A stretch of DNA of 64,000 nt from positions 16,320,001-16,384,000 of the forward strand of contig CP068257.2 in assembly GCA_009914755.4 (NCBI GenBank), in the 5' to 3' direction. The position numbers were made by a program, and so were the translations under genes. Shown here piece by piece: positions 1 through 14,855 of the stretch. Each line of letters starts with the position of its first letter. Position 1 is the stretch's first letter. The notes under the pieces are model-generated. The model saw only the letters and a program-made list of their open reading frames with translations. It was not told the DNA's origin and ran no database searches. This stretch comes from the human T2T-CHM13v2.0 reference genome, Homo sapiens.

Positions 1-783
1 TCACCAGATTCTCTTATTCTGTTATCTCCTCAAATTTGGTGTTTTTCAGAATCTGTTCTTGATCTTTTCCTTTTCTTACAGGATAATGGACTATTATCTG
101 TTTCCATGATTTTAACCCATTCCTACACATCGATGGCTCCCCGGTCATTCTCTCTTCTCCAGGAGTCTCTTGATCAACATTCCTCCTCAATTCCCTATTC
201 AGTCCCCCAAACCTGAAAGCTTTTCTCTACATGCCTCCCACATTCAATTAGTCTTCAAAAAATAATACTTGTTTTTATTTCTCAAGTTTGTACTCTCTGC
301 TGTGTTTACTTCTCACTGGAGTTAGTTCAGGTCTTCATCTTTTTTTATGTTTTAGTTTCTTTATTTCAATAACATTCAAACTCAACTACATTATATTTGC
401 TTCTTCGTCTCTCTCCTAAGACATACAAAGACGTGCCTTTGTCATCCCCTATATTCCGAGTGCCTAATAGTATCTGCTACATAGTAGGTGTTCTATAAAT
501 GCTTACTGACTGAACAGTACACTGTATCTGGATGTTCACCTTCTTTGGGGAACATTGTTTTACCTCTCTCCCTATGCGTAAGACTTCAGTGTTATTGTAG
601 CATGTTCTCTTACCTCTTCTTTATGCCTGAGAATTAAGCTCATGACCATTGAAGTGTCAATTGTCCATATGCATATCAGTTCAGCTAGTGCTACCTAAAA
701 GCAAGTTTGGCCCACAGTGAGCATCTTGTTGTCAATGATCAGTTTTGAAAGGTTCCTCTGGGAATCTCATTAATCTCTGTTAG

Positions 784-908
784 TAGGGACATCTTGCACT
801 GCTGCTTTCCAAGAAGCTGCCAGATGGCTCAGAGAAAAGCTTCATTATTTAAAATCTTTTCAGAGGCATCCAGGGAAAATGTTGTGGGCAAATATTCAAA
901 CAAGATCA
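784..908 (+). CDS. candidate internal exon (unverified; could equally be non-coding)
   Basis: Polypyrimidine tract + AG (CTCATTAATCTCTGTTAG|) at 766-783. Donor TCA|GTAAGT at 909-914. Two of three frames are open across the 125 nt. The frame starting at 786 ends in phase 0, matching the only open frame of the 1862-1938 candidate. Non-repeat sequence. Confidence 0.2.
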
Positions 909-1861
909 GTAAGTGAAGCAGTGGCTAGGGGAAGGATATCATTTAACTTACCTATCCCCAGCTGATGCTTACTTGCTTCTGAGCAGAGAGAAAAAGTCTG
1001 ATTTACTGACTCATCACAGTTCCTGAATGGTGATTGTTAATCCTTAAGAGCCATCTCCAGTGAGCAGGCTGCAAACAAATCCTTTAACAAAACCTTTAAA
1101 AGATGTCTTAGAGATGGGATTAAATTGCTAATATGATTTTTGTTAAAGACTAATATATGGTAAAAAAGTGGCTCTCAAATATTAACAAGCTTTGGATGAT
1201 AAATGCTCAGTACAAGAGAGGTCACAAAAAGAATGGACAACAGTGAATGGGCTCATTTGGAGAAGAAAGGGTCTAGTATTTGCTACCCTAAGGTTTTCAT
1301 TGTTTCTTCTTCAGTCTTTAATGTGGCCACATCAAAAGGGCTTGAGATGTTAGAAAGAATTGGAAGCAAGACAAATTCAATTTCATGAAGAGAAGTTTCT
1401 AAGAATTTTCCTTGTCCTGGGTAGATCAGACTACACCAGTAAAATTCAAGTTCTTCCAAATATGCAGCTGGATTACACCAGAAGTCAGGGGCTAAATGTT
1501 TAGGGACCTATTTTCAGGGGTGTGGGAAAGCAGGAATACTTGCATTTCTTTATACTTTTCTCAAACATATGGAATCAAGACCATTTATCCTCTTAAAGAT
1601 GTAACCTAAACTTATCCTAAAAGCTCTGGTTGATGCATTTTGGAGCATATAAATAGCTAAATAGCTTATTTTTAACCTTGATAAATAGGACCATTCTCTA
1701 ATATGAAGCATTGAGGGTGTAATCAATGCTATTTCATTGTGCTAGATGAGAGGTCAGGTTTTAATGTATACACAGTTTTGGTCTGAAAGGCAGTTTTATC
1801 ATGAGCTGAAGGTAGATTTGGGCAGTGATTCTGAAACAGATTCTCTTGAGTTCTCTTCCAG

Positions 1862-1938
1862 GAGTCTGATACAGATGGACAAGCTGACCCCGAGGATGTG
1901 TCTGTGCTGTCTGGGGTAGGGTGGCTCCGTGACCATCT
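1862..1938 (+). CDS. candidate internal exon (unverified)
   Basis: Acceptor TCTCTTGAGTTCTCTTCCAG| at 1842-1861. Donor CT|GTGAGT at 1939-1944. One frame is open and encodes an acidic peptide ESDTDGQADPEDVSVLSGVGWLRDHL. The other two + frames have stops. Non-repeat sequence. A 91-aa ORF on the opposite strand overlaps it. Confidence 0.25.
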
Positions 1939-2166
1939 GTGAGTAATTACACATAATATCCATACCTGGGAACAAGGAGTTATTTTATTACCAGATGTGA
2001 CCATTAAAAAGATACTTTTAGAAAAACTGGTGGGAAGCCAGCTAGCTGATAAAGTGATATTCTTTTCCCTACAATATAAAAGGCTTTGAGAAAATAAATT
2101 ACATTATCAAAAATATAGTGAATGGTTAATACATCTAGTGAGAATTATTAAGAAGTAATACTTCCA

Positions 2167-2477
<311 letters not shown>

Positions 2478-2717
2478 CTTCCTTCATGGAAAGATAGTCA
2501 AGTAATTCTTCCCAAAAAGGTTGACAGTGAAAAAAGTTTTCTTCATTCTCTTATTCCATTTGGATACACCAGAGATTCCATTCTAGCCATCCATGGGTGT
2601 TCACTTTGTAGAACATATCCCAAAATAGAGTTAGTTGAAACCCTTCTGTTTTGCCGGTAATTACGTAGAAAAATGTTAGATTGGAAAAATGATACTAGAA
2701 GAAGGCACCATCATAGT

Positions 2718-3078
2718 TGTATTGTCCATTTTCGTACTGCTCTGAAGAAATACCTGAGACTAGGTAATTTATAAAGAAAAAGAGGTTTAATAGACTCATA
2801 GTTCCACATGGCTAGGGTGGCCTTACAATCGTGGCTGAAGGTGAAGAGGGGCAAAGGCACATCTTACATGGTGGCAGGCAAGATAGCATATGCAGGGGAA
2901 CTGCCCTTTATTAAACCATCAGATCTCATGAGACTTATTCACTATCATGAGAACAGCATGAGGGTAACTGTGCCCATGATTAAATTACCTCCCACTGGGT
3001 CCCTCGCATGACATGTAGGGATTATAGGAACTACAATTCAAGATGAGATTTGGATGGGGATGTAGCCAAACCATATCA
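2718..3078 (-). mobile_element. ERVL-MaLR LTR (THE1/MST-type), solo
   Basis: Reverse complement of the canonical LTR. It begins TGTATTGTCCATTTTCGTACTGCT and ends ...TGTAGCCAAACCATATCA (revcomp of TGATATGGTTTGGCT...CCCAAATCTCATCTTGAATTGTA). Confidence 0.8.
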
Positions 3079-3724
3079 ATTATCATTTTTCTGACAAGAA
3101 AACAACCTTTTTTTTTTTCTGTGCCATTGGTTTCTGTATCTTTTTAAAGCTTCTCTCTATTATCTAGCTGAAGGCATGCCATGATTCTCCTCTGTCTTTC
3201 TTATATTCTTGGAATCATTTTAGCCATTTATAACCCTTTACATTAATGATCACAGAAAAGCACAAGAAAAACAAAAGGATTTGGCTAAAATGAAATCACC
3301 TTATATTTAATCTGTTAATGGCTTTTTTTTCTTCCATCAATAGAAACAACTTGCCAAAAAATCACAAATATACACAGTTATGGGAAAATGTATTCAGAGT
3401 ACATAATCATACCCTATTATTTGTCTTTGACTGTGAAACTATTTAATCAAGAGACTTGTTAAATCAGAGATTATACAAGTTAACATAACATTCATGCTTT
3501 GAAATTTCTTCAAGAAAGAAAAGCTACCTTTGAAGCCGAAATGAAATAAAATAATTGTCTTTTATGTATCAAATCCATCTTATTTAATGATCGATACATG
3601 TGTTTCATATTTTACATGTGAATGACCCACAAAAAGCCATAAAACTTATGTAAGCAGAGTAAAAGGAAATTAAAAGTAGAGAAAGAATATTCATAGAATG
3701 AATTCATATACATAGAAACAAGCA

Positions 3725-3765
3725 CACAGTCACACACACACACGCACACATGCGTGCACGTGCTG
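3725..3765. repeat. imperfect (CA)n / (CACG)-type microsatellite
   Basis: CACACACACACGCACACATGCGTGCACGTG. Confidence 0.6.
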
Positions 3766-4805
3766 AACATGAAAATGCCAAAACGAAGGAGAATTCATTT
3801 ATTTAAGTTTAAATAATAGAGAAGCCAATTTAATTTGGCAGAGGCTTCAGTGGATGTTACTGTGGCTATGCTGTAAAATACTTTTCTTTTTCAGAGTAAG
3901 TGGGTATATATATTTGTGGGTAGTGTTGCCTTTTACTTAAGAATTGGTTCCAGTATATTTCAGTATTTGTTTTAGAAAGGTTTGTTTTGAATCTTTGTTT
4001 CTAACAGGTTAAGGATTATTTCCCAGACAAATAATTCCTGGTTTAATGATTCCTGGTTTCCTGAGTGTCCATAAACATTGCCAAATTCTCACTTTACTTT
4101 GTGATCTAACATAATCAATGTTAACTGTCCGTCTGGATGTCTTAGATTACTTTTGATTTGCTTGATTTATTTCTGGTTTGCTTGATCTATTTTGATCAAG
4201 TTAACCAGATAGCTGCCAATAGCCATTTTTATTATGTGTCACAGTGCCACGGATGTGTTGGGGCAGCAACTGCTGGTTTCCCCATGTCCTGTTTAGTACT
4301 TTCCTTTGTTGCATATAGACAAATGAAATAGAAGCCAAGAACATCTGGAAACCATCAGTAAATAACAGTTTGGAAATTTCTGCTTCATTTGGACTTGTCA
4401 TACTTCAGAAAAGACTATTCATAATATAATTAAATTTACATTTTAATTTCTTCTGGAAAGTTCATCTACTTGATAATCTCTTAAACCATTTATTTTTAAT
4501 TTTCATTGTCATCATCCCAATTTAGCAATAACTGCACTTAACCCTCTCTACCTCCTCAAATGTACACATCTGGTCTCCAGTTATAATAGGTTTCTTCCTA
4601 AAACTTAGAATGGAGAATCTTATTCCCTACATTATAAGCCTCTAAAGTCTTCCAATGGTGTATTGAAAAAATATTCAAGCTCATTAGTTATAAATTCAAA
4701 ATTCACCATATGCTGGAAACTGTTTGTTCTTACCTCTATCTCATCTTTTCACAATATATAGTGCAGTCATATTTTTCTATTTCACCATTAGTGCTTTTCC
4801 TTTGC

Positions 4806-4870
4806 TTCCTTCATTCCTTCCATCCTCCTCCTCCTCCTCTTCCTCTTCCTCCTTCTTATTATTATTGTTT
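4806..4870. repeat. (CCT)n then (ATT)n low-complexity
   Basis: CCATCCTCCTCCTCCTCCTCTTCCTCTTCCTCCTTCTTATTATTATTG. It generates the poly-R/K ORF on the minus strand. Confidence 0.6.
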
Positions 4871-5293
4871 TAATTTTTATTGATGGAGTATTCAACTTTG
4901 AAATGCCACCTCTGCCACTCCCTGCTCCATTACAATAAATTGCTACTTCCGTGGGCTTCTGTAAGCACGTGTTTATACTCTTATAATGCATTTGTTTTAA
5001 TTCTTGTCTTATAGATGATTTCACGTCACTTTCTTCTGCTAGATTGTGAGTTTCTTGAGCAGAGGGTCCACATTTCATTCACCATGGTATCTCACAGCAC
5101 GTATAATAATGGCCTTTTTACTAACACAATAAAAGTTAGTAAAGGGGAAAAAGAATGAATGCATAGATGACTCAGTGTCACCTTGCCATAAAAAGAAAAA
5201 CTAGAGTTACATGACCAAGATATCTCAAATTTAAAATTACTTAATTGTTCTATTGAATGACAGCGTTATAAATACCTATCAAGAGAAGGTAAT

Positions 5294-5322
5294 TTTTTTT
5301 TTTTTTTTTTTTAAACAGGGGA
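5294..5322. repeat. poly(T) tract (~29 nt)
   Basis: Uninterrupted T run. Confidence 0.7.
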
Positions 5323-6276
5323 CTTATTTTGGCAATAGAAAACTGAGCTGGATGGATTGTGGTTATGATACAACATGCAAATTCCTATGTTCTTGTATAT
5401 ATCACTATTGAAATATAATTTCTTAAATATTTTAATATTATATGTCTAACGGAATCCACCTCTGCATATGCAGAGGCATCTGTCAGGTTCAGATTTGATA
5501 AGAAATGATGGAGAGATGGCATTCATGTCATCAGCCAATATATTTAGGATTTGAGCTCAAGAGCCTAATCCTAAATTAAATCTAGGGAATCCCAATGAAG
5601 GTTTTGCTTAGTTCTGGCAGTTGTAAACACAGTTTAGAAAAATACAGTTTTTTCTTTCTAACAGATTGTGGATTATTTCCCAGATGAAGAATTCCTGGTT
5701 TAACGATCAGTTAAAACACAGTTCCACATTTGGGCGGCAGTAGGTATTACTAAGAAAACAGAAATTGAAGGGGCATGCAAGAAATGGGTTGTGAAAGATA
5801 GAAAGAAAAATTGTTTGCCTTGCAATCTTTCTTAGAGTTTAAACAGGCTTTTCAATTGGCCCACCTAGATGGAAATGGATTGAGTCCGCACTTGTCTAGT
5901 TCTTATTTCCCAGGTCAACTTAACTACAGGGAAACACACTAAAAGCATGGATTGTAATCAAGAAATACATGGCAGGGTGTAAGCCTCTGCACTTGTTGCT
6001 TTGCTCAGTTGTTTTCTTGTATCTGCAGCTACAGAATTGTCTTCCAGGATTTTCCCATCAAATTTTGTAGAGTTGGGGTCATTAACTTCATTGGGAGGAG
6101 AAAAGGGCTTAAAGTAGGGTGATTCCTTGGGTACTAGTCTCCCTTTTAGTAATTCCCTTGAATGACTTGCCTGGGCCTCTAGTTACTACTGATTTCCATT
6201 AGCTCCAGTGTTTGGTGATACAGAAAGCCTCAATGAAATCTTTGCTTTCAAGAGTGATATGATTATTTTCCTGAGC

Positions 6277-6568
6277 TTTTTTTTTTTTTTGAGACGAGTC
6301 TTGCTCTGTTGCCCAGGTTGGAGTGCAGTGGCGCGATCTTGGCTCCCTGCAACCTCCGCATCCGGGTTCAAGTGATTCTCCTGCCTCAGCCTCCCGAGTA
6401 GCTGGGATTACAGGCACCCACCACCATGCCTGGCTAATTTTTGTATTTCTAGTAGAGATGGGGTTTCACCATGTTGACCATGCTAGTCTCGAACTCTTGA
6501 CCTCTAGTGATGTGCCCACCTCGACCTCTCAAAGTGCTGGGATTATAGGAATGAGTTATGCACCTGGC
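6277..6568 (-). mobile_element. Alu (full length, antisense)
   Basis: Poly-T then GAGACGAGTCTTGCTCTGTTGCCCAGGTTGGAGTGCAGTGGCGCGATCTTGGCTC ... GGGATTATAGGAATGAGTTATGCACCTGGCC. Flanking CTGAGC(T) direct repeat. Confidence 0.92.
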
Positions 6569-9500
6569 CCCTCTGAGCTTCTTTATGGCCATCAGATAAT
6601 TGTATTTTATTTTAACAGTAGTTTTATTTCTCTGATTATTGAGGTATTTATGTCAAAAAATTGGACTTGGACACTACTAGTATGCTACACTTGTTGATGA
6701 CACAAGTGAGTCTTTTTTCAGTGACTACAAATGTATCATCTAAAGGAGAATCATATCCTTTTACTTAAAAACACATTCTTTTTCTTTCTGGCATCCCTAT
6801 GATATCCTCTTCTTTGTGAGAAATCTTAATTCTAGCTTCAGAGTGTTTTTATTTTCAGTTTCTCCCTAAGAGCTTGGTTTTTCTTATGCAAATTGGGACT
6901 CTAGATTTACCTCAAGCTCTATGATTTCCTGAACTGAATGAGTCCAGTAGGTTCTACTGTGGTCTTCAAAATGCCTCCTGTGTAGTAACATGTTACCTCA
7001 AAATGTCTTTACTGCTTTCTACTTGGCAATGTACATCTTCTTTCAACAGGAGATACATGGTTTGGATTTGAGGAAAGGAGGAGTGCAAAAAAGTGCAAGG
7101 AGAGTGTACATACTTTCCGTAACTAGGGTCTTTTTTCAAGCAGTCTCTGACATATTTCTATTGGTTCAGGGTCAATCGATTAATCAATCAACAGATTCAT
7201 GAAATGTTTGTTGCATACCTACTATGTGCCCAACAATATCCCTTTCCTTAAAGGGCAGAATCATGTCAGGACCAATGCCTACCTTGTTGGTTGATACGTC
7301 GGATGGTCACTTAACTGTGTAGTTCAATCTTGGTCCCTTCAGAACCCATGAGTGGAACAATGGTCTCTATTAAAACAATGTTTATCTTGCATCATTGCGG
7401 AAGTTGTGCTGAAACACTCCAAATACTCCAGTGGTAAAGTTAAGCAGCATTCATGGCTAAATTCCTTCATCCTTAGGCCATCTGCCTTTTGCCTAGGTCT
7501 GTTGAGAACCTGCACATTTTCTCTCAAGCTTTGGCAACTGTGTGTCTTGGGTGGGAGAGAATGATAGGGCCTCCTCCTCCATAGTCATGCCAACTATCAG
7601 GAACCTCTCCATAGTTTTGTCCTGTCAGTTTCCTGTTACTAAAAGCCAGGGGCTTATCCATGTTTCAGGTCATGCTTGTTTGGTGTTACTAGCATGTCTT
7701 TTTCCGATTATTTACTGTTTTCCCTCTGTACCTTGAATGGCTTTGTGTAGAACTCAGAAATACAACACATAGTATTTTCTTGGCACCTGGTTTCCTCATC
7801 TTTTGCACGAAAGTGGCTGGAACTGATGTGCTTGTTTGGAGTTGGTCTCTGTTAAAATAAATTTCTCAGTCTCTGATAAATAAAAAATTATTTTACCTTA
7901 TTTCCCCCTTTAATTAGATTCTGCCCTAATGGTTTCTTTTTTTTCAGAAACAATTTTACTTTTCTTTCACCAAAGAAAGTACAAACCTGATGAAGGAAAA
8001 TTCATGCCTTGTTAGTCTTCCAATTCCCCTTCCCTCTCCCTAGTCTCTAGCACAGTGACAATCACATGGTGGACACCTGACAAACATTTACCAAATGCTA
8101 ACCAATGGGATCAATGCAGAGTTCATCTGGAATTTCTCACCATGCAGGGTATTTCTCTTAGTTGGATGGAAGAATCTTTATTTTATTCTTACTGTTGATT
8201 CCCCTGTACTTGGAACATATGCCATTTCAGAACTCAGTGGTTGTATTACTGAATATCTTTTAACTGTAGAAATCAAAGGGCCCTTGGGAATAAGAATTTC
8301 TTTATGCAACAGAGTTAGGAGCTTGCTAGGAACCATCAATGGTTTTCTTGTAACTTTTAAGAAAATGATATATTTCAAGAATGTGGACACCTGGGGTAAC
8401 TGCTTAAGTTCCTTTTAAGAATATCAATTTATTATTTTACTCAACATGACTAAATGAAGCTGTTGCTCACCTGAATTCTTCCAATTTATTAGTTGAGAGC
8501 ATAAATAAGTTGCTTCAAATGCCAAAGTCCTGGGTAATTTTCTTCTCATATTCACTTTATATTAAATATTCATTGGTGAGTTTTTTAAGGGTCAAAAGCC
8601 AAAATAGTTCATTCTGTTGCACAAATTATAGCCATATGGCATTTTATGTTCATATAGAAATTAAATGGTAAAGATTCATATTGATATCTTGAATTTTGCA
8701 ATTTGTTTTTGACACAAGGAGGGAATAAATACATAGAAGAAAAGAAAAGAGAAAGATGTAAGATATAGAGGAGAATAAATGCTAACATTGTATTATGAAT
8801 GCCATTTTAAATAACAGGTATCCATATAAAAATGTTAAATGAAACAAATTTGTAAGCAGGTAACAGAACTAGTGGCTTTATAGCCTAAATGCTGAATTAA
8901 GTTTTCATTAGGAAATGAATATTGGGTTATATTACATTTTGAGAAAGTCATATTTTTCTGTTAGTGACAGTGTATACCATTTTTATGAGAAGGTAAAAGT
9001 TAGCTATTTAAAGAAAGCAATTATTTTGTGAGCAGTTTGGAATAAGTGTGAAAGTGGCTTGTCCTCTCTTCTTTCTGAATCCTGGAGATACAGTGTGGTA
9101 TTTTAAACAACAGCATGTAGTATAATGCCTAAGAGAGTACTTTGAGGCATTACTATGATATTAAATATAGATTATAAGCTTCAATGTCCTAAAGGTGTAT
9201 ATGACTTTAAGGCTTCTTAATATTTTAATACATGAATAATTATTGGGCTCTTCTCTTTGGGCCTCAGATAATAATCTTACTGAATGGGGGAACCATCTTT
9301 CTATTTGCTTCATGTTTTAATGTAGAAGAATATCTGTTAGAGTAACACTCCTGGCCTCTTTCCCACCCATTACTCATTTCAAACCATGAGAAGAAGTATG
9401 TCCTGATTGACAGGTGACATCTGGGTGCAGCTTCTCTATTGGATCCTGGGTATTCACTCTCGTTTCTTTCTCACATTGCCCTGGACCGATATTAGTAACC

Positions 9501-9965
9501 AAAGTTGAATAAGTGCATCTATTCTGTGGTATCAAAATTTTCTTTGGTGGACTTCCTGAAGAATATAGTGTGTGTGTTTGGGGGTTGGGTGGTGGGAGTT
9601 TGGGAGCAGGGAAGGTAGTAAGCCCTTTGACCACAAAACTCTATTTACATTTCTTAATCAGCTTACAAAAATAAGGCCACTATTTTAATTTTTATCTTTC
9701 TGTCTTCGCCATCTTATTTCTCAATTTGTTCCAAAATTGACAGGCAAAGAAAGGAGTGTTATATCTCTAATTCTGCCAAACCTCAACACTTACTGTAATA
9801 AGGAAGGTGTTTGGGGTGTAACCATTCATTTCATGAATGATGTATGGAATAATGCCTTAACTAAAGAGAAGAAGGTTTTTTCTAGAATATTACTCCACCT
9901 AGACTGAGATGTATCTGCCCAATGGCATTATTGATACTTATTAGAAGCTTGAGACATCATTACTA

Positions 9966-10121
9966 TGCATTTTTTGTTTTTTAATTTTTTTTTATTTTAA
10001 TAGGTTTTTGGTGAACTAGTGGTATTTGGTTGCATGAATAAGTCCTTTAGTGGTGATTTCTGAGATTTTGCTACACCCATCACTTGAGCAGTGTACATTG
10101 TACCCAATGTGTAGTCTGTCT
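9966..10121 (-). mobile_element. short 3'-terminal tip of a second, older L1 3'UTR type (antisense)
   Basis: T-rich tail then GGTTTTTGGTGAACTAGTGGTATTTGGTTGCATGAATAAGTCCTTTAGTGGTGATTTCTGAGATTTTG...CACCCATCAC...GTACCCAATGTGTAGTC, which I recall as an alternative L1 3'UTR end. It abuts the poly(A) of the next element. Confidence 0.5.
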
Positions 10122-11020
10122 TTAATTTTTTTAAATTATACTTTAAGTTCTGGGATACATGTGCAGAACGTGTAGGTTTGTTACATAGGTATACACATGC
10201 CATGGTGGTTTGCTACATCCATCAACCGGTCATCTACATTAGGTTTTCTCCTAATGCTATCCCTCCCCTAGCCCCCACCCCCCAACAGGCCCTGGTGTGT
10301 GATGTTTCCCTCCATGTGTCCATGTGTTTTCATTGTTCAATTCCCACTTATGAGTGAGAAGATGTGCTGTTCGGTTTTCTGTTGGTGTGTTAGTTTGCTG
10401 AGAATGATGGTTTCCAGCTTCATCCATGTCCCTACAAAGGACATGAATGCATCATTTTTTATGGCTACATAGTATTCCATGATGTGTATGTGTCACATTT
10501 TCTTTATCCAGTCTATCACTGATGGGCATTTGGGTTGGTTCCAAGTCTTTGCTCTTATGAACAGTGCTGCAATAAACATACGTGTGCATATGTCTTTATA
10601 GTAGAATGATTTATAATCCTTTGCGTGTATACCCAGTAATGGGATTGCTGGGTCAAATGGTATTTCTAGTTATAGATGCTTGAGGAATCACCACACTGTC
10701 TTCCACAATAGTTGAACTAATTTACACTCCCACCAACAGTGTAAAAGTGTTTCTATTTCTCCACATCCTCTCCAGCATCTGTTGTTTCCTGACTTTTTAA
10801 TGATCGCCATTCTAACTGGCATGAGATGTTATCTCATTGTGGTTTTGTATTGCATTTCTCTAATGACCAGTGATGATGACCTTTTTTTCATATGTTTGTT
10901 GGCCACATACATGTCTTCTTTTGAGAAGTGTCTGTTCATATCCTTTACCTACTTTTTGATGGGTTGTTTGTTTTTTTCTTGTAAATTTGTTTAAGATCTT
11001 TGTAGATTCTGGATATTAAC
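10122..11020 (-). mobile_element. L1 (L1PA-type) 3' end: ORF2 C-terminus + 3'UTR + poly(A), antisense
   Basis: Poly-T then TATACTTTAAGTTCTGGGATACATGTGCAGAACGTG..., the G-rich tract, CCCACTTATGAGTGAGAA, and an antisense ORF2 C-terminus. Ends at GGATATTAAC (about L1 nt 5040). Confidence 0.9.
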
Positions 11021-13105
<2,085 letters not shown>

Positions 13106-13644
13106 CTGCTATGCATTCTCTAAGGATTCTGTTCTAAGAAATCCACAGACTTCTTACTAAGTTGCCTTGTTAGGTTACTATCTTTCAGGAAAAAAAAAAA
13201 AAAAGGACCTCAGAAAAGGGACTACTTAGGAATTAGTAACACTATTCTTTTTATTTTTATGCTCTTCTCCTTCTCTTCCCCTTCCTCCTTGCTCAGCTTA
13301 AGCCATGGAGAGATCAAATAAATGTATGTACTGGGGAAATAGGTGTAGGGTAGATTAAGGTAAAATCCAGATTAAATTAATGTAGTGAAAAATGACAATG
13401 GCTTATCTACTTCTCTGTGCCAGAGTGAGATTCCTCCAGGAAGGGATGCCCCTTGTTTCTATTTTCACTTCTCATTCTGGTTGTCTTACAATGGGGATTT
13501 TGAATCCAACATGAAGTCTTTGGAAACTAAGCAACGTTTTGCAAAACCACACAGATATGATGAACCAAAATGACATTGATAATAAATAACCTGGTTAGTG
13601 GGGAATCAAGTTTGTTGGATATTAAATGCCTCTCCAATTTTTAG

Positions 13645-13956
<312 letters not shown>

Positions 13957-14269
13957 AGAATTTTTAGTTTAAATACAGTTTTATTCAAATAACCAATGTC
14001 TTTTAACTATTGAAAAATGAAGTAAAAGAAAAAATACTTTTTGATAAAGTTGTCTTTAAAATTGATTTTAAAGTCTTGAAATTTGGGTTATTTTATATTG
14101 TATAGTATAATTTGAAAATTATTTTAGTTAAACAGTACATCAAAGAGGATAATTCTTTGCAAAACAAAACATCTTTAATCACTAACAAAAGGCTCATTAA
14201 TGAATCAATAAATATGGAAAATGAACTATGTCAGGAGAATAGAGATTGCCAAATGTCAAACAATTTTAT

Positions 14270-14395
14270 AAAAAGACATTAATTCTGAGGCAGTCAAAAT
14301 GTACTTTATATATATATATAAAATATATAAATTTAAAATAATATATATTATAGACATATATAAAATATATGTAAAACCTATTGTATTGTTCAAGA
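14270..14395. repeat. AT-rich (TA)n/(ATATA)n low-complexity
   Basis: TATATATATATAAAATATATAAATTTAAAATAATATATATTATAGACATATATAAAATATATG. Confidence 0.6.
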
Positions 14396-14432
14396 TAGCT
14401 ATTTGAAGTTGCGTTTAAAAAGACCAGTGACA

Positions 14433-14537
14433 GGCCTGGTGCAGTGGCTCATGCCTGTAATCCCAGCACTTTGGAAGGCCAAGCCAGGTGGAGCACGAGG
14501 TCAGGAGTTCAAGACGAGCCTGGCCAAGATGGTGAAA
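14433..14537 (+). mobile_element. Alu left-arm fragment (first ~105 nt), fused directly to L1 3' end
   Basis: GGCCTGGTGCAGTGGCTCATGCCTGTAATCCCAGCACTTTGGAAGGCCAAGCCAGGTGGAGCACGAGGTCAGGAGTTCAAGACGAGCCTGGCCAAGATGGTGAAA, then an abrupt switch to L1. Confidence 0.8.
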
Positions 14538-14855
14538 GATTATGTCCTTTTCAGCAACATGGAGGAAGCTGGAGGCCATTGTCCTAAGCAAACTAACATA
14601 GGAACAGAAAACCTAATAATGCATGTTCTCACAAGTGGGAGCTAAACACTGAGTACATATGGACACGTGTACTTGAGAGTGAAGGGCGGGAGGAGGGAGA
14701 GGATTGAAAAACTACTTATCGAGTAGTATGTTTATTACCTGGGTGACAAAATAATCTACACACCAAATCCCTGTGACACAAATTTTCTATATAACAAACC
14801 TGCACATGTATCCCTGAGCCTAAAACAAAAATTTTTAAAAAAGAAGAAATCTAAC
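14538..14855 (+). mobile_element. old L1 3' end fragment (ORF2 C-term tail + 3'UTR), sense
   Basis: ...CATGGAGGAAGCTGGAGGCCATTGTCCTAAGCAAACTAACATAGGAACAGAAAACC...CATGTTCTCACAAGTGGGAGCTAAACACTGAGTACATATGGACAC...AACAAACCTGCACATGTATCCCTGAGCCTAAAACAAAAATTTTTAAAAAAG. Confidence 0.75.

Noticed and set aside
1729-2004. 91-aa minus-strand ORF overlapping the 1862-1938 candidate exon
   Set aside because: The splice-like signals (pyrimidine tract-AG ... GTGAGT) are on the plus strand. The minus ORF has no comparable boundaries and a low-complexity S/T/P-rich product. I treat it as the antisense shadow of an open plus-strand frame.
6199-6697. Cluster of 60-124-aa ORFs (…[24 protein letters not shown]…)
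   Set aside because: These are stereotyped translations of an Alu element. The same peptide motifs recur at every Alu in the track (12855, 13651, 16717, 17547, 17917, 42309, 49063, 53158 and so on).
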